From contig CAVVOP010000008.1 of assembly GCA_963749915.1 (NCBI GenBank), positions 875,651-939,650 on the forward strand: DNA of 64,000 nucleotides, written 5' to 3'. This document shows positions 18,516 through 28,365 of this stretch, in pieces. The first letter of the stretch is position 1; the number at the start of each line of letters is the position of its first letter. The translations under genes were made by a program, and so were the position numbers. Under the pieces are notes generated by a model that was given only the letters and a program-made list of their open reading frames with translations, was not told the DNA's origin and ran no database searches. The DNA comes from an uncultured cyanobacterium (GTDB lineage Bacteria > Cyanobacteriota > Cyanobacteriia > Cyanobacteriales > Cyanobacteriaceae).

Positions 18516-21005
18516 GTGAGCAAGCATCGAGTACGAAAAAAGCAGAACCGCCCTCAAGAGCTTTCCCCTTCTGGGGAAAAGCTCCCCCAGCAACTGCAAA
18601 GTCTGATTGGGCAAAAGAGATATAGGGAAGCCTTGAATAAGCTCTCCCAAATCCGCCGCTCTTATCCAGAGCTCGAAATTACTCCTTCAGAAGAAATTCT
18701 TTGGTCTCTACAGGGACAGCAGGAATGGGCTCAGGGGCACTATCGCTTAGCAGAGAAATCCTTTCGAAAATCCCTAGAACTAGGTCTTAATGGAGAAGCA
18801 CACTATTGGTTAGCCAAGTGTCTTCTCTCTTCAGAGCGATTACAAGAAGCCGTCGAGCTGTTCCGCACCGCTTTCGAAACTCGGGTTCTGCCGACCGATT
18901 ATGCAGGATGCTACTTGAAGCTTTTATTTCTGGCGGGTGAGACGGCAACAGTTCAGGAGTTGATTAGTTCTCAGCAGCAGCGGTTTGAGCCCTCTCAATT
19001 ACACTGGGCCCGAGGAATGCTAGCTGTAAAAGCAGGAGAGCCGGCGAGAGCCTTAGTTCACTGGCAGAAAATGCAGCAGCCCGTCACCCCGGAAGATTGT
19101 CCTGACGCTTGGCTGGTCTATGCTCACCAGCAGATGGAAAACTGGTCGGCGGCTTCCTCGCTGCTGGGCTGGCAGAAAGGAACTGATGGGGTCAGGTTAT
19201 CTTTGAGCAATACTGAGCCCAGCCACCCAGCCGAGCAGCGGTTATTAGTGGTGCAAGCCATAGCCACGGGGAATTCCCTGAGGGAGACAATGATTGTCGA
19301 GGAGCGAAAGCTCCCTAACTCGGAAGCCATTCTCGTGTTAGAAATGCTTCGCCTAATTGACGAACAAAACTTCCACGAGGCGGCCCATATAGCCTTAAAA
19401 TTAGCTCGCCCTTGTCGGCAATTTCCCGAAGTCGATACCCTCTATCGCCCACTCATGATCCTAGCTGGCGAGCAGGCTTGGCGAGAAGGAGAGCCAGAAT
19501 GTACCCAAGAGTTCTGGTGGGGAATTGCGGTTGAGACCCCCTTTAACCCCCAGCTGGCAGTGAGACTAAATCAGATCTTGATGGAGATGGGTTCTTATAG
19601 CCAAAGCCAGCGCTTATTGACGAGACTGCTGAATTGGCTCAAAAAAGAAGCACAACAAAATCCCTCGGACTGGCCGTCAAGCCGATTGAAACCGACTCTA
19701 GCCCAACTTAACTGCCAGCTGGCGGATAGCTGTATGGCAGCGGATCAGCGAGAGAAAGGCTTCGGGTACCTGCGATCAGCTGAGCGTCTGTGTCCCAACT
19801 TGCCGGACGTGGTCGGGCGCCAAGGCCTGAGAGCCTACGCTCACGATCAGACCCAAGAATCTATCACTCTGCTGACCAAGGCCCTGGAGTCAGGCTGTCG
19901 CTATGAGGAAGTCTACACCACCTTAATAGAGTGTTTGCAGGAAATCGGCGACCAGTCAGAGAGAGCGGAAGTTCGCCGCCGTTTCGGCAAGCAATTTGGG
20001 GATCTCACCGCTGACCTAGAAATTGAGGTACCCGCCTGGGTTGAGGCCTTATCCCAGCCCAGTTATCGAAGCTTTGAAGGTTTGGCTGTAGAAATCCGCT
20101 CGCAAGAGCCTGCATTGCAGGCCTGTCGCATTTTCCTTCGAGGGGCAGTAGATGAGCCCAATCGGGACCAGCGGGTGACCTTGGCCCAAGAACAAGTGGC
20201 CTCACATTGGGAGCAACTGCTCGAGAGCTTAGACCCCGACGAACAAATTCCCGTGCTCCAGGCCATCGGTCTGTGCCTGCTCCGTTTTGCCAAGCGTAAA
20301 AAAGGTCTGGCTGGTTTAATCAATGATTATTTGCAGAAGCTGTTGGATTTAAGCCAGCAGTATCCAGAAGCACAACTAGCTCACTTCACCTTATTGGTGG
20401 TTAAGGGAGTGAAACCCGAACTTTGGCAGGGGACTTTGCGCCAATACGTAGAGAGAGCAACCCAGCCAGAGACAGCTCTGGCTCAGCTGCAGCTGAAAGT
20501 TCGGCGCTTCGCCCAAACTGAAGCTCTTCTCCCCTTCCTGGACGAAGCACTCCGCCGTCACCCCCAAAATCCTCTGGTGCTGCTGGCTAAAGCAACGGTG
20601 TTTCCCGCTGACAGCCCGGAGTATCAGCAGCTATCAGCACAAGGATTTGAACTGGCCCGTCGCTTGCAAGATACCCAGTCCCTAAAAGCTTGGCGGGAAG
20701 AGTCGGCCTTCCAGTCCAGTCTGAGGACTCAAGAAAAGCTGCCAGAGCTGTTCGGTTTAGGAGATCATGGCCGGCTAGACCTGACAGAAGTCCTCGAAAA
20801 TTTAGCCCAGCAAATTTTGGGAGAAGATCTGTCCCCGGAAGTCTTGGAGAAGATGTTGCCAGAGCTAGAGCAGCTCCTGAGTGACGAACTGCCTGAGGGT
20901 TCAGAGCCGGAGTACGAGACCCCTGACTTCCGCTTTCCCTTTGACCGCCCGTCTCGGTCGCAAAAGTCCTCAAAACGAAAACGCCCACGGGGATTTCAAA
21001 GCTAA
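18516..21005 (+). CDS. Large TPR-repeat protein
   Basis: Repeated helical TPR-like motifs (AHYWLAKCLL, HWARGMLA); 829 aa; GC-rich. Confidence 0.75.
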   Translation: MSKHRVRKKQNRPQELSPSGEKLPQQLQSLIGQKRYREALNKLSQIRRSYPELEITPSEEILWSLQGQQEWAQGHYRLAEKSFRKSLELGLNGEAHYWLAKCLLSSERLQEAVELFRTAFETRVLPTDYAGCYLKLLFLAGETATVQELISSQQQRFEPSQLHWARGMLAVKAGEPARALVHWQKMQQPVTPEDCPDAWLVYAHQQMENWSAASSLLGWQKGTDGVRLSLSNTEPSHPAEQRLLVVQAIATGNSLRETMIVEERKLPNSEAILVLEMLRLIDEQNFHEAAHIALKLARPCRQFPEVDTLYRPLMILAGEQAWREGEPECTQEFWWGIAVETPFNPQLAVRLNQILMEMGSYSQSQRLLTRLLNWLKKEAQQNPSDWPSSRLKPTLAQLNCQLADSCMAADQREKGFGYLRSAERLCPNLPDVVGRQGLRAYAHDQTQESITLLTKALESGCRYEEVYTTLIECLQEIGDQSERAEVRRRFGKQFGDLTADLEIEVPAWVEALSQPSYRSFEGLAVEIRSQEPALQACRIFLRGAVDEPNRDQRVTLAQEQVASHWEQLLESLDPDEQIPVLQAIGLCLLRFAKRKKGLAGLINDYLQKLLDLSQQYPEAQLAHFTLLVVKGVKPELWQGTLRQYVERATQPETALAQLQLKVRRFAQTEALLPFLDEALRRHPQNPLVLLAKATVFPADSPEYQQLSAQGFELARRLQDTQSLKAWREESAFQSSLRTQEKLPELFGLGDHGRLDLTEVLENLAQQILGEDLSPEVLEKMLPELEQLLSDELPEGSEPEYETPDFRFPFDRPSRSQKSSKRKRPRGFQS

Positions 21006-21032
21006 CCAAAATCTATCGGAGCAACTCTCAAA

Positions 21033-21329
21033 ATGAAAGAACACTACCAAAGCTTAGGGCTCGACCCCGATGCCACCCCAGCTCAGATCAAGTCCGCTTA
21101 TCATGCCAAGCTGCGGGAGTTTCCCGCTCATTCTCACCCCCAAGAGTTTAAGGCCGTGCGTCAGGCCTACGAAGCCCTCCGCCAGCGCCGAGCGAATCAA
21201 GTTGAGGACTTCTTCGAGCCGCCGCCGATTAAGGCGACCATCCCCAAGGAGCTACTCAGCTCCTTACGGCAACAGGCACTCGCTCAAGTGCAAGTGAGTG
21301 AGGATGACTTAATTAGATTGACTTTTTAA
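21033..21329 (+). CDS. Small J-domain protein with a non-canonical HPD loop
   Basis: YQSLGLDPDATPAQIKSAY...FPAHSHPQEFKAVRQAYEAL. Confidence 0.8.
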   Translation: MKEHYQSLGLDPDATPAQIKSAYHAKLREFPAHSHPQEFKAVRQAYEALRQRRANQVEDFFEPPPIKATIPKELLSSLRQQALAQVQVSEDDLIRLTF

Positions 21330-21356
21330 ACAACTCAGACAGATCCCAAGACCCTT

Positions 21357-21920
21357 ATGAACCAATCCCCTCGAGAACTAGCTGCCCAAAAAGCGCAACT
21401 CGCTCGCGAGCAGAAGCTTTTCCTTCAAGACCTGTTAGGGATCGTCGATGCCCTCGATCAGGCCTGTGCTCACTGGCAAAAGGCGGAACAGAAGCAAGAC
21501 CCCTCTGGAGCCCGGTCTCCTCAGAAGCCTACCACCCACTCACCGAGGTGGCACCTGTGGCTGCAACATCTTTGGCAGTGTTTCCTGAGGATGCTGGGGA
21601 AACGGCCCGACTCTCCCGGTCAAACAGAGTCGGAGTCCCTAAGGGAAGTTTTAGTTAGTGCCCGGGAGGGGGTAGAGATGATTCGGCAGGAGTTGCTAGA
21701 AGTCTTGAGCCAGCGACAAGTTGTGCCTTTGGAGTCCGTCGGCCAAACTTTTGATCCCCAATGGATGTACGCCGTCGGACGGCAGGAAAGTGAGGAGGTC
21801 GAGGAAAACACAGTGGTTCAGGAGGTTCTGCGGGGCTATCTATGGCAGAAGAAAATTTTGCGAGAGGCCCAGGTGATTGTCGCCGTGAAGCCATCAGCGT
21901 CGTCGGAGCGGAGGGACTGA
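21357..21920 (+). CDS. grpE: GrpE-like nucleotide exchange factor
   Basis: LLGIVDAL, VGQTFDP...AV and VVQEVLRGY...ILREAQVIV. Confidence 0.85.
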   Translation: MNQSPRELAAQKAQLAREQKLFLQDLLGIVDALDQACAHWQKAEQKQDPSGARSPQKPTTHSPRWHLWLQHLWQCFLRMLGKRPDSPGQTESESLREVLVSAREGVEMIRQELLEVLSQRQVVPLESVGQTFDPQWMYAVGRQESEEVEENTVVQEVLRGYLWQKKILREAQVIVAVKPSASSERRD

Positions 21921-22007
21921 ACTAATAGTTATTAGTTATCAGTTATTAGTTATTACTTATTACTTATTCGACATACAATTAATTAGCAAAAGTGAGGAAA
22001 CCGAGAT

Positions 22008-23735
22008 ATGGGAAAAGCAGTTGGAATTGACTTAGGCACAACAAATTCGGTCGTGGCTGCCCTTGACAACGGGCAACCTTGGGTCATTCCTGACGAAGAG
22101 GGTGAGTTAATCATGCCCTCCTGTGTGGGCTGGGGACCGACAGGTGGGCTGTTGCTCGGTCGGGCAGCTCTGCGACAGTATGCGGCCGCTCCCGAGCGAA
22201 CCGTCAAGTCGATCAAGCGCCAGATGGGCACAGACCATCGGACTCGATTAGGGGAGCGGGACTATCTACCACAGGAAATCTCGGCCTTGCTCCTGCGAGC
22301 TTTGAAACAGCAGGCTGAGATGGCTTTGGGAGAGGAAGTCACCCAGGCGGTGATTACGGTGCCCGCCTACTTTACAGATTCCCAGCGACAGGCGACGAAG
22401 GAGGCTGGGGAAATCGCGGGGTTGGAGGTATTGCAAATTCTCAACGAGCCCACCGCCGCTGCCCTGACCTACGAATGGCGGTCTGAGGAGACCGAGGTCG
22501 TTTTGGTCTACGATTTAGGCGGTGGAACCTTCGATGTCTCGATTGTGGAAATTACAGGAGAAGTAACTGAGGTTCTCGCTAGTCATGGCAACAACCGTTT
22601 GGGGGGTGATGATTTCGACCGCCGACTACTGCGGCATCTACAGGAACAGTTTCGTCAGAACCACGGAGTGGAGGTGCCGGACGAGGCCGCCGTTGAAGCC
22701 CGACTGCTACGAGGGGCCGAGCAGGCCAAGATCTCCCTGAGCGAACAGGCCTTCACCACGGTTCGCGAACCCTTTTTAGGGAGTAAAGGTCAGACGGCCT
22801 TACACCTGGAGCTGGAGATCTCCCGGCAGGAATTGGAAGCCCTGATTGAGCCGATGCTCCAAGAAACCTTAGAAGCCATTGACCGAGCCCTGTTAGATGC
22901 ACAGCTGACAGCTGCGGATCTCGACCGGGTCATTTTAGTGGGAGGTTCCACGCGGATGCCACTAGTACGGCGCCTAGTGGAAGAACACTTGGGACAGGCT
23001 CCTTTTGACAGCATCAACCCCGAATTGTGTGTCGCTTTGGGAGCCGCACTCCAGGCTGGGGTTTGGGCGGGGGAGTCGACCGAGGCCATTTTGGTGGATG
23101 TCATCCCCCATTCCCTAGGAATTGCGGCAGCGGTAGACACACCCCTGGGATTGCTCCCAGGAATGTTCAGCACCATCGTGCCCCGCAATAGCGTCATTCC
23201 CGTGTCCCGCTCTGAAGTTTACACCACCCTGAGCGACAATCAGGAAATCGTCGAGATCGAGATCTTTCAGGGGGACAACACTATTGCCCAAGAAAACGTC
23301 CCCTTGGGCTCATTTCGCATTGAGGGCTTGCCGTCCCGCCCCGCCGGTGAGGTTCAGGTTGAGGTTCACTTTGACTTCGATCTCAATGGTATTCTCACCG
23401 TGACAGCGACGGAAAAGAGTGAGGGGAAACAGGCCGCCCTAGTGGTCAATGATGCTACCAGCCGCCGCCTTGACAGCCACGAATTACAGCAGTCTCGGGC
23501 TGAGATAGAATCACTGTTCAACCGGGGAGGACCCGTCAGTTTGAGCAATGAAGAACTTCTTCACTTAGCTAATCAGGCTCTAGAGACCCTCGAGGGGGAA
23601 GCTACTGAGCCGTTGTGCTCACTCCTGACACAAGTTGAAGAGGCCCTCGCTGCTGAAGAGTCAGAGAGAATTTCATCACTTTTGGCTGAATTGTCGGAGT
23701 TGCTCCATGGTCTTGGTCCAGAAAAATTAGAATAA
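22008..23735 (+). CDS. Hsp70/DnaK-family chaperone (accessory paralogue)
   Basis: GIDLGTTNS, TVPAYF, NEPTAAA, DLGGGTFDVS and LVGGSTRMP. Confidence 0.95.
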   Translation: MGKAVGIDLGTTNSVVAALDNGQPWVIPDEEGELIMPSCVGWGPTGGLLLGRAALRQYAAAPERTVKSIKRQMGTDHRTRLGERDYLPQEISALLLRALKQQAEMALGEEVTQAVITVPAYFTDSQRQATKEAGEIAGLEVLQILNEPTAAALTYEWRSEETEVVLVYDLGGGTFDVSIVEITGEVTEVLASHGNNRLGGDDFDRRLLRHLQEQFRQNHGVEVPDEAAVEARLLRGAEQAKISLSEQAFTTVREPFLGSKGQTALHLELEISRQELEALIEPMLQETLEAIDRALLDAQLTAADLDRVILVGGSTRMPLVRRLVEEHLGQAPFDSINPELCVALGAALQAGVWAGESTEAILVDVIPHSLGIAAAVDTPLGLLPGMFSTIVPRNSVIPVSRSEVYTTLSDNQEIVEIEIFQGDNTIAQENVPLGSFRIEGLPSRPAGEVQVEVHFDFDLNGILTVTATEKSEGKQAALVVNDATSRRLDSHELQQSRAEIESLFNRGGPVSLSNEELLHLANQALETLEGEATEPLCSLLTQVEEALAAEESERISSLLAELSELLHGLGPEKLE

Positions 23736-24038
23736 ACCCGTCACAGAGCACTCAAAATTAGTTCTACCTGTAAATTTTCCTTTGATAGACTCAAACCTTC
23801 TCAATAAGTCACGGGAAAATTCTGGTTCTAACGGATTTTGTAGTCCAGGGAAATCAAGGACAATCAGTGTCGGCGATCACTCCGTCAGGACAAAACGTCT
23901 GTGATTGGCTAAAGTAGATTGATTCACACGCTTTCGCCATCCTCAAAAAGATTAAACTGAACAATCACCAACAGCAACTGTAGTTTCCCAATGCTACCGT
24001 CACCTAGATCTCTAGATTTTCTTTACAGATGGAATGTT

Positions 24039-24239
24039 TTAAGCAGATTGTAGCTCTTCTAATTCTTGAAGGGCTTTCGCAATTGCCTCTCTCAAAAATT
24101 TAGTCCGATTGGGCAAGGCTCTAACCTTAGCATCCATATCTGTTGGTAGACGCACAGAAATGGGTCTAATTGCCATTTCTGCTACTCCACTTTCGACATA
24201 TTTGCCTGTTTTTAAATCTCTTTTATATTTCCCAGCCAT
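24039..24239 (-). CDS. Ribbon-helix-helix (CopG-like) regulator
   Basis: PISVRLPTDMDAKVRALPNRTKFLREAIAKAL. Confidence 0.7.
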   Translation of the reverse strand: MAGKYKRDLKTGKYVESGVAEMAIRPISVRLPTDMDAKVRALPNRTKFLREAIAKALQELEELQSA

Positions 24240-24329
24240 AGTTGAGCTTTAAGAAAAGACCTTTTAACTTTTTTTTACTCCCCGTCCCAATTGTAACTGA
24301 TTTTTACCTAAGCAGACAAGGTTAATAGG

Positions 24330-24358
24330 TTGACACCTGCGTATACGTAGGTTATGAT
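24330..24358 (+). promoter_or_regulatory. Sigma70-type promoter with a palindromic operator in the spacer
   Basis: TTGACA-17 nt-TATGAT; the spacer overlaps the near-perfect palindrome ACCTGCGTATACGTAGGT. Confidence 0.65.
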
Positions 24359-24605
24359 AGTTAAGATGAATTAATTAACCCAACCTCCCCTGAGCTAATG
24401 ACACTAGCTCAAGGGGAAACATTCAAAACCGATAGAGTTTTCGAACTATGACTATTCTAACCCAACCACCAAATCAATCATACCAAATCTCTCGATTTTG
24501 TGAGAGTGTCGTCATCTGCGGAACGTTAGCCGGAGAAGTTTTTAACTGGGGCAACGGTACGGAAAATCATCCTGCCTTTCTCTTTTTACGGTAAGGAGAA
24601 GAAAA

Positions 24606-25099
24606 ATGAAACTAACTGAAATATTAGAACGCCTGCGGCAGCCCGTTCCCCAGAATCTAATCAGCTACAAAACCATTAAAGGCAACCCCATAGATTATAT
24701 TTCTTGGGTCAATTTAGCAGATTTACTGGACGCACGTGCGGGCATCGATGGTTGGAGCTGGAAGTTGATCGACCAACAACAGATCGGCCATAGGTTAACC
24801 CAAGTCTGGGAGCTAACCTAACCATTATGGGGGAAGATCGTTCCATCTCCCGTCAAGCCAGTGGAGATGAAGATGTGGACCTCGATGCCTATGGCACTCC
24901 GGCCACGAACGTCGAAGCTCAATGCCTGAGAAGATGCTGTTCAAAGTACGGTCTTGGCAGAATCCTCTGGAAGAGGGAGCACAAATCAAATCCCCAGCTT
25001 TCCCCCACTTTCCCAAAAGTCCCATCATTCCCTAATGGTGAAATCACTAGACAGGAGTGGTTATACCGTTTTGGAAACCAACAAACCCAAAAAGTATAA
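24606..25099 (+). pseudogene. Rad52/Rad22-family single-strand annealing protein disrupted by a 5-bp duplication
   Basis: IDYISW...GWSW and YGTPATNVEAQCLRRCCSKYGLG motifs. Deleting one TAACC of CTAACCTAACC (~24814-24823) joins both ORFs in frame. Confidence 0.75.
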
Positions 25100-25287
25100 C
25101 CCGAAAAAGCCTCGTCTCGTCAGGGGATGGGGTCTCAATACTGCTTAGTTATTACCAAAAAAGGCCATTATTAGGGGAATTTAGAATTTAGAATTTAGAA
25201 TTTAGAATTCTGAACTTAGAAATCTAAGCATTTTATCTTCCTCTTTCGTAATTCGTAATTCGTAATTTTAGCTCAGAGTGAGGTGTA

Positions 25288-26496
25288 ATGATGACGACAT
25301 TAAGCATTGAACAAGAGACATTTAAGTCTTTCTTCCAATTATCTAAAGAGGCGATCTCCAAAATATGGAGTACCAAGTTATCAGGGAACGACTGGAAGGT
25401 TTACAGTTTTCTCAGTTTAATAGATCCCTTTGGAGACCGTTGGTGTGAGCTGCCTGACATTGAGAATATTTGCCAGCTTTTGACCATAAGTCAAGCCAGC
25501 TTTTATCGAGCAATGTCTAAACTGAAGGAGTCCGAATTAATTAACGCTGAGGACAAGGGTTGGAGATTTAAGAATATCTTAGGATTCGCAAAAATGAGAG
25601 GCTATTCTCAAAATTGCGAAACTTTTCTCAAAAATGAGAGACCACTGTCAAAAATGAGAATAGATTCTCAAAATTGCGAAAACCAAAGCCCAGAACCATT
25701 GCCAAAACTTGATTCTAATCTCTCTCAGACTATCCAGACTAATAAAACTGTTCATACTCTTTCAGACTGCGACACACACATAGATTATTGGAGTATTGCA
25801 GAAAAAGAAGAAAATAATCAGCTAGAACAGTATATTAGTTCTCTTAACCAAGAACCTAAGACAAATGTACTCGTTAACCCTCCTTCTGCCTCCTTTAATT
25901 CCCATAACCTCAAGGTCGAGAAAAATGTCCCGGCTGGTAGTATTGTTGTCAGAAACCAAGAAACAGACCATGAACAACAGGATATTAATCATTCATCATT
26001 CATCACTCGTAATTCGATTTGGCAGTGGTTGCCAGAGGGGGCATGGAATGTTAACGGGAAATTAGATTCTGCCTTTCAGGAGTGGTTAGCGAAGAAATGG
26101 GTGGTTAAATATCAAGATTGTGATATTTATGAGTCGAAGGCGAATGTCTTGGCTTATTTCCGTAATGATCCTGCTAAACTGCCTATTCGCTGGAAACAGT
26201 ACCAAGAAGAGTATTTAGCTAAAGTTCAGAACATTAAAAATCGTCTCGATAATGGCTGTACCATTTCCCCAGAACAACAACAGGAGACCATCGCCCTGTT
26301 GGGTGCATTAAGACCTTTAGATCCCGAACAATCAGTATCTTTTGAAGGGAGTGGTCAACAGGGAGTAGGCAGTAGTGAAGAAATCATTATTCGTCAATTA
26401 CCCCAAGTAAAAGAAGGGAAAAGGGAGGTAAAGGAAGAAGAAAACACCGTTCCCAGTTCCCCGTTGCCCGTTGCCCGTTCCCTCTACCGTTACTGA
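25288..26496 (+). CDS. Putative HTH replication initiator; possibly continuous with 26471-27082 across a frameshift
   Basis: N-terminal wHTH (ICQLLTISQASFYRAMSKLKESELI) followed by in-gene iterons. Confidence 0.6.
   Translation: MMTTLSIEQETFKSFFQLSKEAISKIWSTKLSGNDWKVYSFLSLIDPFGDRWCELPDIENICQLLTISQASFYRAMSKLKESELINAEDKGWRFKNILGFAKMRGYSQNCETFLKNERPLSKMRIDSQNCENQSPEPLPKLDSNLSQTIQTNKTVHTLSDCDTHIDYWSIAEKEENNQLEQYISSLNQEPKTNVLVNPPSASFNSHNLKVEKNVPAGSIVVRNQETDHEQQDINHSSFITRNSIWQWLPEGAWNVNGKLDSAFQEWLAKKWVVKYQDCDIYESKANVLAYFRNDPAKLPIRWKQYQEEYLAKVQNIKNRLDNGCTISPEQQQETIALLGALRPLDPEQSVSFEGSGQQGVGSSEEIIIRQLPQVKEGKREVKEEENTVPSSPLPVARSLYRY
25585..25680. repeat. Five palindromic iterons, exact 20-bp period (consensus TTCTCA-AAAW-TGMGAA)
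   Basis: ttcgcaaaaatgagag / ttctcaaaattgcgaa / ttctcaaaaatgagag / ctgtcaaaaatgagaa / ttctcaaaattgcgaa. Confidence 0.85.
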
Positions 26497-27082
26497 TGCT
26501 GAATTAATAGATTCTACCAATACTAAACCCACTAAAGGAAAACAGAAAATAACTAATCCCTTATCTGTAGGCGCTCAGCGAAGCTGCACCGTAGGTGACC
26601 GCGTCAGAATCAAAGATAATCATTATTTTGGTGGAAAAGAAGGAGTCGTTACCCAGATTCCCTCTCCTAGTTCTCTTGTGGTTGCTTTTGATAATGACCA
26701 ACGAGAGTTAATCCGACTTCAAGATTTAGATTTACCATCATTATCTAAACCACAAAAACCTCAAAAGAAAGAAATTCTGATTAAAGAAGGGCTTAATTAT
26801 AAAGCCGGACAAGGTTGTAAATGGTATGTTGAGGTTGAGGAAGAAGATTATCGTCTCTTTCAAGAATATCAAAGACAAGTTAATGCTCCCAGTATTCGCT
26901 CCTGTTTAGTCAGAGCTGTAGAGGGGCAAAAACAGGAAAAATCACCGATTAAAACTGATGATTTACTGATTAATTTAAGTAGTAAAATTAGTTATCTTAA
27001 TCAAGAACAAAGATTGTTGTTAGCGAAACAATTAATTGAATCAGACCCAGATATTTTCAACAAAATCATCAAGGAAAAATAA
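26471..27082 (+). CDS. KOW-motif protein
   Basis: VGDRVRIKDNHYFGGKEGVVTQI KOW motif. Confidence 0.55.
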   Translation: MPVPSTVTDAELIDSTNTKPTKGKQKITNPLSVGAQRSCTVGDRVRIKDNHYFGGKEGVVTQIPSPSSLVVAFDNDQRELIRLQDLDLPSLSKPQKPQKKEILIKEGLNYKAGQGCKWYVEVEEEDYRLFQEYQRQVNAPSIRSCLVRAVEGQKQEKSPIKTDDLLINLSSKISYLNQEQRLLLAKQLIESDPDIFNKIIKEK

Positions 27083-27085
27083 AAT

Positions 27086-27262
27086 ATGGAAGATAACGAA
27101 ACAGTTTTTGTTACCCAAAAATTTGATGGTAAACAAATCAAAAATGTTTATCATGTACCAGTCAGTCCGGAAATCTACTTTCAACTAGAACTACTGAGAA
27201 GACAATTAAACTTCAAAACTCATAGTGAAGTTATTGGCTATTTATTTAGCTCAAAAGAATAA
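27086..27262 (+). CDS. 58-aa small protein, RHH-like
   Basis: MEDNETVF...VPVSPEIYFQLELLRRQLNFKTHSEVIGYLFSSKE, directly after the KOW ORF. Confidence 0.45.
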   Translation: MEDNETVFVTQKFDGKQIKNVYHVPVSPEIYFQLELLRRQLNFKTHSEVIGYLFSSKE

Positions 27263-27567
27263 TATGTGGTTCTGTCGCCAAAAAAAATCTAACAACGCTA
27301 TAGGTAGTGTCAGTGTAAAAAACTATTGAGCTATAGATAGTGTTCAAAAAAAATTGGCAACAGAGCTATTAATTAAGTTATGATTCAGAAAAAAAGGCTG
27401 ACAAAAATTTGGACAAGCCCTGGATATCAGCTCAAACAGATTCAGGAAAGAGAAGATTTGAATATGACCTTTATAAAACCAGCCGGATAATGATACCATT
27501 CATAATTAAGTTGATTTATTTCCTCTTGACTAAAGTTAAGATAAATCATGGAGTGATCCCTTGATTG

Positions 27568-28365
27568 TTAAAGGAGTTTTCGGAAGAGGTTTCGTTCGAC
27601 CAAAGTTTCAAATTGACGAACCATTCGGGAGGCTATAACTGGATCAACTATTAACACTCCCGTTTCCAGGTTGCGTTCATGGGCTGCTTCTGTAAAGTTG
27701 GCGGAAGTGACTAAAGTTTTTGTTTTGTCAATTACTACGCACTTAGCATGAAGGCAGGATTTAGAACCTATTTGTGTAGACAGCGATCGCTGATAGTAAA
27801 AGATTTGCGGAGATCGTTTCCCTGACCAGATCTGAGTGTAGAAGTCATGGACAAAATCTCGCAGTAGTGATGCGTTAGAGGTTTTGCTACCATAGGGACG
27901 AGATATATTAACAAATAATTGGACTTGTAAATGAGGATTTGTATCCATGCGATCGCCGAGCACCTGAAATATTTCCTGAGTTTTTCGACTTTTGTCAAAA
28001 ACATAAGTGGCAATCAAAACACTATGTTGAGCAGCCTGAAACAGTTCCCTGACAACTACCGAAGTGTCTCGGTTTTGGGAACCTAAGAAATCCTCCCCAG
28101 TCCAAACTAAATCGATTTTGTCATTAACAGTTTGAGCAGAAGCTCTTTCCTCTGCTAAAAGTTTCAGAGTGTAGGCGATATGGACTTCAGTCATGGAGAG
28201 AGAGGATAGTTTGTTTAACTCCTTCGCTACTTCGTCACATAGGGAACTGGGAACATAACTGGTTAGATGAATAGGTAAGAAAGGAGTGAGAAGCCTTCCT
28301 GACTCAAGAGCAATCGCCAAATTATTTAATGCCGGGTAACTTAATTGGTGAAAATAAGAAGACAT
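27568..28365 (-). CDS. drmC: DISARM phospholipase D-like nuclease DrmC
   Basis: LHAKCVVID...TSANFT...NLETG HKD motif; last gene of the operon. Confidence 0.9.
   Translation of the reverse strand: MSSYFHQLSYPALNNLAIALESGRLLTPFLPIHLTSYVPSSLCDEVAKELNKLSSLSMTEVHIAYTLKLLAEERASAQTVNDKIDLVWTGEDFLGSQNRDTSVVVRELFQAAQHSVLIATYVFDKSRKTQEIFQVLGDRMDTNPHLQVQLFVNISRPYGSKTSNASLLRDFVHDFYTQIWSGKRSPQIFYYQRSLSTQIGSKSCLHAKCVVIDKTKTLVTSANFTEAAHERNLETGVLIVDPVIASRMVRQFETLVERNLFRKLL

Noticed and set aside
19124..23548. Antisense and alternative-frame ORFs over the chaperone module
   Set aside because: They are shadows of GC-rich genes with clear motifs on the + strand.
25178..25268. Heptamer tandem repeats (AATTTAG, TAATTCG; others at ~21926-21968, ~2061-2090, ~37345-37376)
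   Set aside because: These are ordinary cyanobacterial short tandem repeats, not CRISPR or iterons.
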